A stretch of 64,000 bases of DNA from Eledone cirrhosa. Its lineage: Eukaryota. Each line of letters starts with the position of its first letter. Within the stretch, counting starts at the first letter, position 1. This document shows, in pieces, positions 1 through 12,604 of the stretch. The notes beneath the pieces are model-generated. The model ran no database searches, was not told the origin of the DNA, and saw only the letters and a list, made by a program, of their open reading frames with translations. Position numbers and translations under genes: made by a program. Where the stretch lies: assembly GCA_964016885.1 (NCBI GenBank), contig OZ024743.1, positions 296,856,001-296,920,000 of the forward strand. Direction: 5' to 3'.

Positions 1-3000
1 CGTTGCTCGGGTTTGTTCATTTGCTATGAAAATTTACATACAGGTAAACGTGGCTTGAAAGCGAATAAGCTTATCAATTAAGTGCATAAAGCGGTTATTA
101 AAAGTTACGAACCAATTAGCATTTTGGTCAATCAATGATGGGTTAATAATCTTCCAATAGCGAATTTAGTAGACCAAAGTTGCAAGATGGTGGCCCTGAT
201 GCCGCTGGGTGTCAGATCTGTCCGCCATGGGATACCCGACCAGGAAATAGTGTTCCAGGCGGCATAGCTCCAACACCTGCACCAACATCTATAGCACCTC
301 TTTGTAGACGATATTGCGTGTCATCCCTTGAGGAGTGTAAGCAAAAAGTCCATTCCTGCTCCCTACGCGGGAACAGGCAACATAAAGTTGGCCATGGGAG
401 AAGCATGGCTCCCCGAAATGGATGCCCGCCACCGACAATGTTTTCCCTTGTGACTTGTTAATGGACATGGCAAAACATGGTCTCACCGGGAATTGGGATC
501 GCCGGAAATCGAACGGGATATCTGACGCCGAGGGGAAAAGGTTCATCCTTGGAATGAAAACATTCTCCCCTCTTCCGCACCCCGTTACAATGGTGGCCTC
601 AATCAAGTGGGGCGTCAGTGACTTGACGACCCTGCGAGTACCGTTGCACTGCTTTGGTGGACGCAAGTTCCTTATTAGCATAATGGGACAGCCAACCCTA
701 AGCTTAATAATGTGAGGTGGGGGCCCTGTGGGCTCAAGAGAATTTAATAACTCCACCGGATAATTAACAATATCGTCGGGGTCTGACTCCGGTCGATAGA
801 TTTGAAGATGTGCTCTTTATCGGGAATCTTCTCAATCAGCTGCTCGTTAATAAAATTAACCATGTATTTTTCGGAGCAAGGATGGCTCTTTCACTGAGCC
901 AATCGAAGTTTTTACAGTTAGATGAGACCTCAGGAAAAATTGCTTTCCAAAGGTCAGAAGGGCTGCTCACAATGTTGCACAGGGAGTTGATTGCTATGCC
1001 GCCCTTGTCATCCGCAGGGACCTTGCCCTCACCAAGTGCTAAAATGTTCTGAGCAAATGCTGCAGACATGTTGTCACTTTGTGCTCAGGTACGAAGTCTT
1101 CACCTGGGGCCACAACGTGGACGACTTAAAGCAGGCAAGCACTTCATCAGCCCTTGTCCCTTTGGGGATGACAGACAGCGTTTTCCGAAAATCCCCTGAT
1201 AGCAGAAGGGTTACGCCACCCATAGGAGCCGTAGAATCCCTAATGTCTTTCAGGGTCCTGTCCAATGACTCAAGGGCACCCTTTTGTGCCATTGTGCACT
1301 CATCCCAAACAATGAGGCAACATTTTTTGAGAACCAAAGCTTCGTGTGAGCTCTTGCTGATATTGCATGTTGGTGTCTCAGTTTTTACTAAATCCAAGGC
1401 GAGTTTAAAGGTTGAATGTGCTGTCCTCCTTCTCGGCAGCAAAGTAGCAGCGATCCCGGACGATGCAACGGCCAACGCAATATTTTTCTCCTGACGAATC
1501 TTAGCGGGAATCAATTTTGTTACAAAAGTTTTTCCGGTACCCCCAGGAGCATCGAGAAAGTAAATACCCCCAGTCTGATTTTGAACCGCGTCAATGATAG
1601 TTAAATAGGCCAACCTTTGGTCCGACAGACGTTTGGGCTCATTTTCCTCTAAGTATTGGGAAAGAGATTCGATGTCATATGCTGTTTCCCGCAACAAATC
1701 CGAGACCAACGTGTTAGCTTCCTCTCTAACGGTTGACGGCAAGCCATACGTCGCCAACTCACTCCCACCCATGTCGGGGAGGGCGTCCTCGATATCAATG
1801 AGTGCCCTATTGTAGATAATGCCGCTGTAAGCAACTTCCACTGAAGGATACTGCAGATGAGCCAGGCGCAGGCAGTCCTCAGACATGAAGTCTCTGTACT
1901 TGACCCATAAAGATTTGGGATCACCCAATTCACACTTTTGAAGCAAAATGGCAAATAGTTCCCGTAGACCTTTAGGTGATTTCAACAAAGCACCCTCTGC
2001 TAAAGTGGAATCCCATTACGAATCATCTTCCAAAAGACCACGCTTAAAGCAAGCTTCCCGGTACGTATCACATATTTCCCCATCAACAGTTTTGAGGTCC
2101 TGAAAACTTTGTGGGCCTACAACTTCATGCAGAAGAAAGCGGAGATGAAAGCACTCATGCTGACTTGGGGGCACAGTGTTAACCCTTCCAAGATAGCTGT
2201 CAAATTTTACACCAGGATGTCTTTCAACAGCCTGACCTGACTTTCTTCGCACCCAAGTGTTTTTCGACCATATAAAGTCAGATGGAACCTGGGGGTACAA
2301 AATTGTTTGCGCAAATGTATCGAACTGGCAAAGTTTGAAGAAACCTGTCAGAGTGGTCTCTTTCGGATCGGCGGCCAGCTTGGCGGCGGTTTGGTCCGTA
2401 ATGTAAACCCTTTGTCCATTTTCCAAATGTACCGCAAGATGTACCATGGCGGGGTGCTGTTGGTGTAGAGGGAAACCAAATAGGTGCCAAAAAGCTTCAT
2501 TGCTAGTGATGTACCGCCCCGCCAGGTATTCTGTGAACTCATCAGAGCCTTTATTTACATATTTGCATATGTATTTTATAGACTTGACGGAGTTGCAAAA
2601 CTCAACGTTGATGTAGGCGTTGAACATCTTCAAGAGAAGCGGGCAGTAAGGGACCACCCATCTATTGTCGACTTGACCCCCCTTTACTGTTGTGGTGAAG
2701 CCACAGTTCTCGGGTCGTCTCCGCTTGTACAGGGGGTACCCATCGCCACCAGTCTGATTCTCGTCAACAAATTTTTTGGGGTATCCTTTACTGCACGACC
2801 CCCCTTTCAGACACGTGTGATGCCCATTAGGACCCGACGCACACGGGCCATGTTAGCTTTGACGATGTCATGTAATTCCTGGTCAGTTGCTGGGTTAGAG
2901 ATTTCAGCCGAAATGAAGCTGTCTATGGCATTTGAATTGATTTTATCAGCTAACCAAATCAAAATGTGAGCATGTGGCAGCCCTCGTTTTTGCCATTCGA

Positions 3001-4143
3001 CGGTGAACATGTCACATTTTACAGCCCCAAATACCTGACCTTTTTTTTTTATTAAAACCATGAGTTTAGCCAGTTTCAGTCTGAACACTCTGGCAATGAG
3101 GTCATGTCTGTTCGAATAATTTTGCCCAGGATTTTGTTCACAGGTTACATTCCGATTCATATGTCTATAGCATTAATCTGTTATATGAAGTGTTATTTTG
3201 CGGGTTATTTGCAATAAGCCGATTGAAAATGTCCCAGATAAGCCGTATGTCAATACGGAACGCTCCACTGCAGTGTTGTCATATAGGGAGTGAAGAGCAA
3301 CAGAGAGAGTAAAGCAGTTAAATTATAGAGAGGGGGAATATACGGAACGCTCCATTTGATCATATACATTGTTTCTCTCTCTGCAGTGTTATTATATAGG
3401 GAGTGAAGAGCGATAGAGAGAGTAAAACAGTTAAATTATAGAGAAGTCGTTATTGTTAAGTTTGTTGTTTTATAAATTCATTTGTTGCTTTTGAATATTT
3501 GTTATTTGATGTAAAATGTAACGTTTAGAGAGCAGTATGTATTTAGTGTTATCGGTTTTTTAAATTTTTATATTTGATGTATGAGTATCGTTATGACTGT
3601 AGAGAGGGGGAATCATCTATTGTAGAGAGAGGGAAGAACGACGGAGAGAATAAAGCTATGGTTGTTGTGTTGCTTAGGTTTCAAAGTTTGTGTCGCGTTC
3701 CTTCAAAAGAAGTTTTGTCGTTCTAAATTGTAATGTTGATAGGGTAGTAGATGGAGGCAGTAACCTTTTAAAGAGAGTTGCAGAGGAGATTGAGGGGCGA
3801 GTAGAGAGAGTGATGAGAGTTGGAGAGGAGATTGAGAGTTGAGTAGAGGAAAATATGAACCTTTTAAAGAGAGTTGCAACATGTATGTAGTTTCAAGTAT
3901 TTTTTATGGTAGTAGTGAGAGGAATGAAGCGTGTAAGAGAGAGGGTTACAGCATGTATTTAGTTTTATCGATTTTTTTCATAGAAGCAGGACATTTTTGA
4001 CAAAAATAATTACGTGTTGACCTGCCCTGGTAAATTTGGAGCACATTGGACAAAAATTCATCAAAATCGGTAGAGAAATGTGGAAATGCATAAAAATCAT
4101 ACACACACACAGACAGACATCTACCGTTTTATATATATAGAGA
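1..4143 (-). mobile_element. Helitron (rolling-circle transposon), decayed and internally deleted
   Basis: The 5' end on the - strand reads host A|TCTCTATATATATAAAACGGTAGATGTCTGTCTGTGTGTG...CCGATTTTGATGAA (TC at 4143). Rep and Pif1-helicase ORF pieces lie at 289-3160. The window edge reads AACCCGAGCAACG on the - strand, which looks like the first arm of a subterminal hairpin, so the CTAG end is probably just outside. Confidence 0.88.
289..3160 (-). pseudogene. Helitron RepHel (HUH Rep endonuclease + Pif1-like SF1 helicase), broken by stops and frameshifts
   Basis: HUH motif VEWQKRGLPHAHILIWL (2807-3160); KYICKYVNKG (2016-2657); Walker A FLDAPGGTGKTF plus IVWDEC and LSGDF (1074-1988); QFPVRPCFAMSINKSQG and FSHGQLYVACSRV (289-756). 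The coding region is split over at least 5 ORF pieces. Confidence 0.93.
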
Positions 4144-4308
4144 TATACCTGAGTCTTCTTAAATTTATAATGCCATTTACGCATTTGTGATATTATTTAT
4201 ACAACTATGAATAAAAGATATAATTCAATATACAGTAACCAAATCCGGGCATGTTATATTTGACTGCATCTGAAGCCACAAAAGACTATGGTCTCTGTGT
4301 TTAACGTA

Positions 4309-4739
4309 CCGAATATACTTGTAGATAAGCTGGGAAATATGCGACAAAAAAAAAAATCGATGTTAAAATGGACTTTTCAATTATATTCGAGGTTAATATT
4401 TTACCGATTTTCAACAACTTCAAAATTCTAAATATTTTCGTTTTGAAAGTAAACATTACACTGGTTTCACTTTGGAGGCGAATATTATACTGGTTTCACT
4501 TTCAACGTAAAATTCGTTCTTGATATGTTTTGAATGAATATGGCCTTCAAAACGTGCGGAAATTGGTAAACATCATTACGTAGTGGAGTTGTGAAACAAA
4601 AACTATATAAATATATTGTCTACTCTTGGGAATTTCAAAACTGCATCATCTACCTGTCGTGACTTATAAACGAGGTTTGGATGTTTGCCTATTTCTCAGA
4701 CATAAAATAGGAGTTCGACTTATATTCGGGTATACATGG
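4309..4739 (+). mobile_element. TA-flanked MITE (Tc1/pogo-like), copy 1
   Basis: TA|CCGAATATACTTGTAGATAAG ... CTTATATTCGGGTATACATGG|TA terminal inverted repeats; internal sequence shared with 7609-8072, 12405-12604 and 45521-45720. Confidence 0.7.
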
Positions 4740-5304
4740 TACTTATTCTAATTATTTTAAAATGTTTTAAAGTGATTGATTTAAAAATTATGTTTGACCT
4801 CATACTCCAGATTTTTGCGTAGATATTTTCTGGCATAAGGGAAAATACAACGCAGTTGTGTAGATTTAAGTGTCTTTATCAGATCACCTGTCATTTTACC
4901 CACAACTTGCTGCTAATTTATCATGTATACATATCTCTATATTAGATATTAATATATATATAGTCCTGTTGAAAATGATAAAGTGTTATAGGGGCTCTTA
5001 TTTTATTATCAAGGGAATACTGCTGTGAATCTCCTTTAGATTTAATAAATATCCTCCCACATACACCGACACCTCCATTTCTCATGATATGAATTTGTCT
5101 AACAGCTCTTGGCAACAACAATAGCAATAATTACAAACAATAAGAGCATGGTGGAGGATGTCTTCTTAACTGTGTTGTCTTGTGTTAATTTAGATTGAAT
5201 TGAATAGAGAGTATAGTTGGAGTGTTAGGAATACATAAGTATACACACACAGAAAGGGAAGGTGGAGGAGGAAAGAGAAAGAGAGAGGGAGTATATAAAT
5301 ATAT

Positions 5305-5466
5305 AGTCAGACATGGGGTGTGGTAAAGGAATCTGCTTTCCAGCTATGTAGTTTCGGGTCCAATTCACACTGCATACTATCTTCGGCAAGTGTCTTCCAC
5401 TATAACCTTGAGTTGACCAATGCTTTGTGAGTGAAATTTGGTAGATAGAGGTTGTGCAGAAGCCTG

Positions 5467-5470
<4 letters not shown>
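5305..5470 (+). mobile_element. tRNA-derived SINE (family 1), degenerate, with (TA)n tail
   Basis: Head AGACATGGGGTGTGGTAAAG and body GGCAAGTGTCTTC...TGTGAGTGAAATTTGGTAGA are shared with copies at 8730-8860(-), 19413-19570, 42700-42850, 43050-43200 and 47120-47260. Confidence 0.65.
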
Positions 5471-5502
<32 letters not shown>

Positions 5503-5505
<3 letters not shown>

Positions 5506-6262
5506 AGGGACTCGTTAGGTTTGTGGTACGGGTAATAGAGGGAAGTATCTAGGTCGAGAGTGACATCTAAGAAGTTGGCCCTAGTCAAATTAGAATCTAT
5601 AGTTATACTAAATCCTAGATTAGAGAAGAAAGAGCTTAAGTTTTTCCGAAACCCATCGGTGGTTCTGGGGCTAACCTTATGCAGGGCGAAGAGGCCGTCG
5701 TCTCGGTATAAACCTCCAGTTAGGCCGGTAAAGAAGTTCTTCAGGTTATGTAGGATGTACAGGCCCACAAGGTCGCTAATTTCAGCCGAGTCACTCGCCC
5801 CCATGCTAACGTCAAATGTGGTCTGAGATTTCTTGTTGATCCAGTAAGATCCATCGTGGTATAGAAAGGTCTTACGAGCGTGGAGGATAATAACTTGCTC
5901 GGCATCGGTAATGGTGGTAAAATTCCTGGCAAAGTTAATTGCGTCCTTCAGGAGGGGCTCCGAGATAGAGGCATAGTAGTTTTCTATGTCGAGTTGCAGG
6001 AAGCGAGTGTGGTGTTTATCGGGTAATTCTTGGAACCATGATATTGCCTCAGATGTTCTACTCCAGAGTGGAAGTGGTGAGGCTGCCCGCAATAATGGTA
6101 GAACTCTATCCAGGATCTTCTTACTGATAGAGCCGATGTCAGAACGAGTGGGGTTGATAAGTCTGACTGATGGTTTGTTGAGGAAATTTCCCTTATGGTC
6201 CTTCAGGGTAAAGTGCGGGGTCTTTACCCTTAAAGGTTCGGTTCGGTCATGTAATTTAAGGG
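5503..6262 (-). mobile_element. Penelope-like element reverse transcriptase fragment (probably Naiad-type)
   Basis: Open frame with TLKDHK..RLINP..SDIGSISKKILD, LDIENYY, FDVSMG..AEISDLVGLYIL, catalytic GLYRDDG, NFLDVTLDL and YHKPN. Flanked by (TA)n on both sides. Confidence 0.85.
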
Positions 6263-7074
6263 AATATATATATATGTATGTGTACATTTATGTTTAGTGG
6301 CTCACCACTGGATAGAAATGGTCATTCTGTTTTGTTAGGAAAAGTATGAAAAGCACTCTACGTGATGCAACTCATCCACCGTTGATGTTGAATCCTGTGG
6401 TTGGGGCAGGAACAGAGTTAAATATTGGTTTGATTAAAATAAAAGGAGGCCGGACTAGTGATGTTCCTTTAAAGTTTTATTGTTGCAAAATCATTATATA
6501 TATTTTGATGGCCTGATTACGTAAGATCCTTGTGATATCATCAGGTGTGTATGGCATAATTAGTTAATCAATAAAGGAATTATGGTAAAAATGAACAGAG
6601 AAACAGAGAAAGTATAGAAAAAATATTCGATTCGGAGATGGCCAGTGACATAGGTATTATTGTTGCCACCAAATAGCAAGCTAGTCGATGCAAAGCATTG
6701 TAGGTTTGGTAGGGTCAACCAAGGTGGGTGTGGGGCTAATAGATATTACCATGCCATTTAACCTCCATCTTCCACGCTAGCATGGGTTTCTGGCCACAGC
6801 GACCAACTGACCGAGGAGAAGGGCATAGGTCTTGAGTGAATATACATTGGCCAAAATCAGCTGTGATGGTGGAGAAGATCAGGTTACAGTAGATATGGAG
6901 GTCAGGTTATACAAATTTATAAAACGTCCAAAAAGAATTTATAAAGTGTTTAAAAAAAATATAATGAAAGTTGGGTGTTAAATAAATGAACAAAAATGAA
7001 TTATAAAAAATACATTACGTACAAATTACATTAAGAAAAATGTATAAATTAAAAAAGTTTAAATTAGGGGTAAG

Positions 7075-7077
<3 letters not shown>

Positions 7078-7132
<55 letters not shown>
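7078..7132. repeat. (TA)n microsatellite
   Basis: Perfect TA run. Confidence 0.95.
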
Positions 7133-7135
<3 letters not shown>

Positions 7136-7608
7136 AAAATGTGTTTTCATTCTAACATGGTGGATACCTAAATGTATTCGTAAGTGAATAATAATATAAT
7201 AATATTAATAATATTCGGTTTGTTTGCAAGCAAACAGCCTCATAACACCATGTGTGTTTTCTAGATGACTACGTCTTCCTTTTGTTTCAGCAGTAGCTGA
7301 GAGAAAACAGTTGACAATTGTTTCGGAATTATTGCTCCTTATTGAAACCATGTATCCTCGTCACTGCTACCCACTGGAACTACTGAGAATACATAGTGTT
7401 CTCAAAGGTTTACATCGGCTGATTATCCTCATTTGCATACTGAGCAATTTTACAGCCGGCTTTGCTGAAAATTAAAACAAAATTTGTTTTTGCTCTAACA
7501 TAGTGGATACTTAAAAAAAGCAATCCTGGTAATTCTGAAATACTAACTGAAATAAGTTCATAACATTTTCTATTCTGGTATAAGAAGAAATAATAATTAG
7601 AAAATATA

Positions 7609-8072
7609 CCACATACTCGTATATAAACCAAGAAATATGTGACAAAAAAAATTTGATGGTAAAATGGAGGGGACAGCTTATATTCAAGTCAATATTTTAC
7701 TAATTTTCACCAACTTCAATTTCTATGTAAATAAGGTGCTAAAATATTTTTGCTTTGGAGATGAATATTATGCTGGTTTTTCTTTGGAGGTGAATATTAT
7801 ACCAGTTTCACCTTCGAGATGAAATTTGTTTTTTCTGGTAAAAAATTATTAAGTAATATTGTAAAACAAAAACTATACTTTAAACAACTTAAAACATTTT
7901 AAATATTAAAATATTAAAACTATAAATATATTCTTCCCTCATGAGAATTTCAAAACTATACCATCTAAACATAATGTGTTAATTAGCTGCCTTGACTTAT
8001 ACACAGAGTTTCAATTTTTCCCTATTTCTCAGACATAAAATAGGGGGTTGACTTATATTTGAGTATATACAG
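7609..8072 (+). mobile_element. TA-flanked MITE (Tc1/pogo-like), copy 2
   Basis: TA|CCACATACTCGTATATAA ... CTTATATTTGAGTATATACAG|TA; colinear with 4309-4739. Confidence 0.7.
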
Positions 8073-8729
8073 TAAGTTTTTCCTACAGCTATCAATTTGG
8101 GGTTGTTGAGGTCCTGAGTTGGCATAAAGACAAGATCCACTCCCATTGCATAGTTTCTTAATGTTCCAAAACATTTGGATCAGCTCAGACAGTACTTCTC
8201 AGGGCCTGAACACAGCCCAAAGGGAGTTTCAGTCTTGAAATCATGAGGATAGTCTCAGTCAATTGAAGTTTTTTTTCTACTCACTATATTTAGTTGGCAA
8301 GGCTTTACATTTATACACTATACAGAACCTTCCTCTGAGGCATTTTCATATCTATTCTCTGTTCTTTTCTCACATATGAACATTAGCTGATGAGGGCACC
8401 CTAACACTAATGACAAATCTAACACTAGCCTTAAACCTAACAAGCCCTAACCCTAATGTATATTCCATGACAAAATATTTTTGTTTTCCTATTTCCAGAT
8501 TTGTCAAGGATTTTCACAATTTCTTTCCAAATCTCAGTGATAGCATTCATCATTTAGCGTCCATTTTTTTCATGCTGGCATAGGTTTTAAATACAATTCT
8601 AAATGGAGTAATTGTTAGCTAATAATAGTTAATTGCTAAGTTCACATAAATCTGACCACATCTTTAAAAAAGGACACATTGTGCAGTGTAGTCCTACACA
8701 CGCACGCACGCATGCATACACAATAGACT

Positions 8730-8860
8730 TTGTACATTTTCTGTCTATCAAATTCACTCACAAGGCATTTGTCAGCCCAAGGTGCTATGCAATGGGACAC
8801 AACCCAAAACCCTGTGGTTACCAAATGAATTCCTTAACCACAACTGCAATGTCTGCACCA
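8730..8860 (-). mobile_element. tRNA-derived SINE (family 1), degenerate
   Basis: The - strand reads GGTGCAGACATTGCAGTTGTGGTTAAGG...CACCTTGGGCTGACAAATGCCTTGTGAGTGAATTTGATAGACAG. Confidence 0.6.
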
Positions 8861-9037
8861 AAATATATTACAAAAATATATCACAATCTTCGCCAATTTA
8901 ATCTTTTCTGAACTACTTCCAAATAAGGTAAAAAGGAAAATGAAGGTATTGTCTTGGCCTTCTGCCAGAAAGGTTAACAAAAGCTGAAATATTTCACTGG
9001 CTTCTCCTGTAAGTGATCCGACACAATGATCTCACCT

Positions 9038-9600
9038 CTACTATTACTACTACTACCACTACTACTACTACCACCACTACTATTACCACCACCACTACTA
9101 CCACCACCACTACTACCACCACCACTCTATTACTACTACTACTACTACTACCACAACTACTCTTAACACCACTGCCACCAAGAACACCACCAGCATGCTG
9201 TTACCACTATCACCGTCAAGACCATTATTATTACTATTTAGTTACCAGTTGACAGTCACTTGTGTATTAACTACCACAATTATCTCATGCAACAATGTGT
9301 GACACCAATCTTCTGTATCAAAGAGATACATTGTTGGGAAAAAAATATATCAAACAAATGATCTTGAGATAACAACCACCACCACCACTACCACCACCAC
9401 CACTACCACCACCACCACCACTACCACCACCACCACTATAACTACTACCATCACCACCATTACTATCATCATCACCACCACTTCTATCATGCACCAACAT
9501 CATGGCCACTATTTCTACCATCATGACGGCCACCATAACCAACAATAAAACCACTGCCATCACCACCACCACCACCATCATCATTACTACTACTACTACT
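9038..9600. repeat. Degenerate (ACT/ACC/ATC)n triplet microsatellites (two blocks)
   Basis: Visible triplet periodicity at about 9038-9240 and 9370-9600. Confidence 0.9.
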
Positions 9601-11029
9601 GAAGGTAGCAATATATATGATACTTTGAAAGGAAGTATGGGCTGGCATCAGGAAGGGCATCTGACCATAGAAAAACTACTTCAAAATACCTAATTCAACC
9701 CAAGCCAGTATGGATAAACATGTAAAACACATAGTATGGCTAACCTAAGGCACTGACTATGGCTTTGATGCCAAATAACCTTTGTAACTCTAGTATACTC
9801 ATTACAATTTCAACTTCATATTGTTCTTCCAATATAGCATATTCAATATAGCATAGTTTTTTTACTCTACAGGGAAATCAAACTATACAAGAAATTTGAC
9901 ACTCGAAAATATTTTATAGATTTCCATTATGAAATAAGAGAAATTTACAGAAAAGATTAAACTCTTCTTCTTCACCCACTTATTCCTGAGAGAGTTGTGG
10001 GAGCAGAGTCCTCAAGCACCCCTTCCAGTGGGTCTAGTCAGAAGCAACTGTCTCCAATTGGTCCGGCTGAATCCTAGAGCAAGATTAAACTCTCCAAAAT
10101 AAAATGTAGTTTTTCACTATGTATCTTCATGAATATTGCCCAAAACCAGAGTGCTTGGGTATTCAGCAATCTAGGCTCACCCTAATATGTACACACCTTT
10201 TTCCCAGTATGCTTCCCCCTCTCCCAAATAAAATAATTTCAACCTATAATTTGGCAAGCTGAGAACCAAGTTCTTGACACTTTTTGTTCTGACCACATTA
10301 AGAAAATTACTAAACCTGTATTTCCTACTACACAGTCTATACTCATCCTTGCCAAATCATATGATCCTCTCCATCGCTTAAGATGTATCGACAAAGCTGC
10401 TACTCAGCAAAGACATTTAACAATTATTTTATTGATTGCAGGAAAGTTTTATGTAGTGTTATATAAATTGGGAGGGTTATTCAGCCATGTCAAAGACACG
10501 ACAACCTCCCTAGTACTGATAGCACAATAAAATGCACTTGGTAGAGCCTGGGAGCATATGTGAGCGTCTGTGAAAATCCATCCAACCCTTGCTAGCAGGG
10601 AAGATGTTAAATGATGATGATGATGATGATGATGATATATAAAATTGGGTAGACAGAAACTGTGTAGAAGCCTGTTGGATGGATTATACTTGGAATTCAA
10701 AGATCCAGCTTTGCTACATTTGGTGTCATGCTAATTCCACTTGAAAATTATGTTAAAACTGCATGTATTTGTGGAATACTCAACCACTTGCATGTTAATT
10801 CCCAATCAAACAACTGAATGCTTACTGTCAAAACCAATGTAGCGTCCATCATGTCATACTATTCTAATTTCCTCTCATGCAAGAATACATTGTCTTTCAT
10901 TTTAAAATAATTTCTCTCATAAACAAAGCATTTATAAATATTCACAATTGGTATTCAGTAAATTTAATTCCGTCCAATTATTTCCTATTTCTGCAGGCAA
11001 TTATGTATTATATTATACTTTATAATATA

Positions 11030-11228
11030 TGAGGATTAGCTGAAAAGTTCATAGGCTCAAAGTCATTGAGGGAGTAATGCTAGAGCTGTAAAATCTTGCA
11101 GGCATTAATCTCAACTCTTCTTATTAATAACTGCATCGTTTCTTTCCAGGGACTATCTTGAAAAATAAACATCATTTGGTCATTCCACAATATGCTGGTC
11201 AGCCTATGAACTTTGCAACTGACCCTCA
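11030..11228 (+). mobile_element. Mariner-type MITE with TIRs and TA target duplication
   Basis: TA|TGAGGATTAGCTGAAAAGTTCATAGGCT ... AGCCTATGAACTTTGCAACTGACCCTCA|TA; partial copies at 48441-48583(+) and 51728-51843(-). Confidence 0.8.
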
Positions 11229-12069
11229 TACTATTAGTGAAGGCACACAGTTAGTGTGTTGAGCTCATGATCATAAGGTTGTGGGTTTCATTCCCAGACC
11301 AAGTGACTAAGGCATTTTATTTCACATGATGCTAGTTCATTCAGATGAAAATGAACACCAACAGCAGCTTTCAGCTCTGTGATGGACTGACATCCCATCC
11401 AAGGGAGTGAAAGCCTTGTACTCATGGTCATTTAATTCCCATGAAACCAAGATAATCTTTGGCCTTCATCCAACTCATGCAAGCATAGATAAAATGGCTG
11501 TATCTCTAACATTATATTTTTATTACATTAATGATACAATCTGCTTTTTAGAGAGAGAGAAAGAAGGGGTAGAGTTGTTTATCGTGGACAAAAATCCTTT
11601 AAATATAAACCAAATAAAGTCTATCAGGTGGTGCCCACGCATGGCCAGAGTCTAGTGATTGAAACCAGTAAAATGATAAAAGAATAAATTACAACACTAT
11701 CACAGGCACCAAAGATATTCTTGATTATGTTGGGTTTTTTTACTGTTTCGTCAGGGCAAGGAAGGAAGAAATTATTTATGATCTTAGGACCTTTTCCCGA
11801 GCTTTTGAATTGATGGGATGCAGAGAGGAAGGTATCCTCAAAGCAGAGACCTCATCTGAATGCTTATAAGAATAATAATCACTCTGCATTATTCAGTTCT
11901 TGTACAGTGTTGTCAAATGTTTGTTTACATTGATTCTGTTTTTGACATGAAATTAACATCATCATCATCACCATTTAACATCCATTTTTCCACGCTAGCA
12001 TGGGTTAACAGACGTGAAGATTTCCTCTAATTATGTTAAGGAATTCGTTTTGAAACAATTATTGGATAT

Positions 12070-12604
12070 ACTCTGGGGTCCCAAGTAATAGAGGGCAGGT
12101 TGGACTAAGTAGTGGGGTGGTGGACATTTGCTTAAATTCTTATAAGCGCAGGCGAGGGGAATCGGTAATTGTATAGTGTACGTTCATAAATATGGGATTT
12201 CTTGTAATGTTTTTTTTTTGTCATATATAATGTTTTTTTTAATGTAAAATAAAATTATTATTAGATTTTCCAGCTGATGTATCAATATGAATCACTTACA
12301 ATAAAATTTCACTGGAGATAGATTAGCAAAATTTAATAAGGGGGTGGGAAGAAGGGATCTGAAAAATTAATACGAGGTGGGGGGATTATTCAAGACCTGA
12401 GAGTACTCGAATATAAGCCAAGGAATATGTGACAAAAAAAAATCGATGGTAAAATGGAGTGGGGATCAGTTTAGATATGGCATCTAAACGTGTTGATTAG
12501 CTGTCTCGGCTTATAAATATGGTTTGGATTTTTGCACATTTCTCAGACATAAAATAGAGAGAATGGGGCTTATATTTGGAAGGCTTATATTTGAGAATAT
12601 ACAG
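12070..12604 (+). mobile_element. Two nested TA-type MITEs
   Basis: TACTCTGGGGTC...GACCTGAGAGTA (about 12070-12404) sits inside the left TIR of copy 3 of the 4309-type MITE (12405-12604). Confidence 0.55.

Noticed and set aside
289-1988. Cellular PIF1 helicase gene
   Set aside because: It is intronless, follows an HUH Rep domain, is frameshifted and lies inside Helitron termini.
7350-7475. Signal-peptide first exon of ELAPOR (MYPRH...LIILICILSNFTAGFAEN*)
   Set aside because: It ends in a stop, with no phase-0 donor or conserved Cys to join exon A.
8381-8456. Hammerhead (CATTAG-CTGATGA-GGGCACCC...CTAATG) and adjacent CCCTAA repeats
   Set aside because: It lacks GAAA and stem III, and there are only two perfect telomeric units; at best a relic.
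9013-9693. Poly-Thr/Gly/Val ORFs (similarly 20566-21022, 21515-21876, 35161-35442, 37420-38002)
   Set aside because: These are translations of triplet microsatellites or LINE tails, with no splice context.
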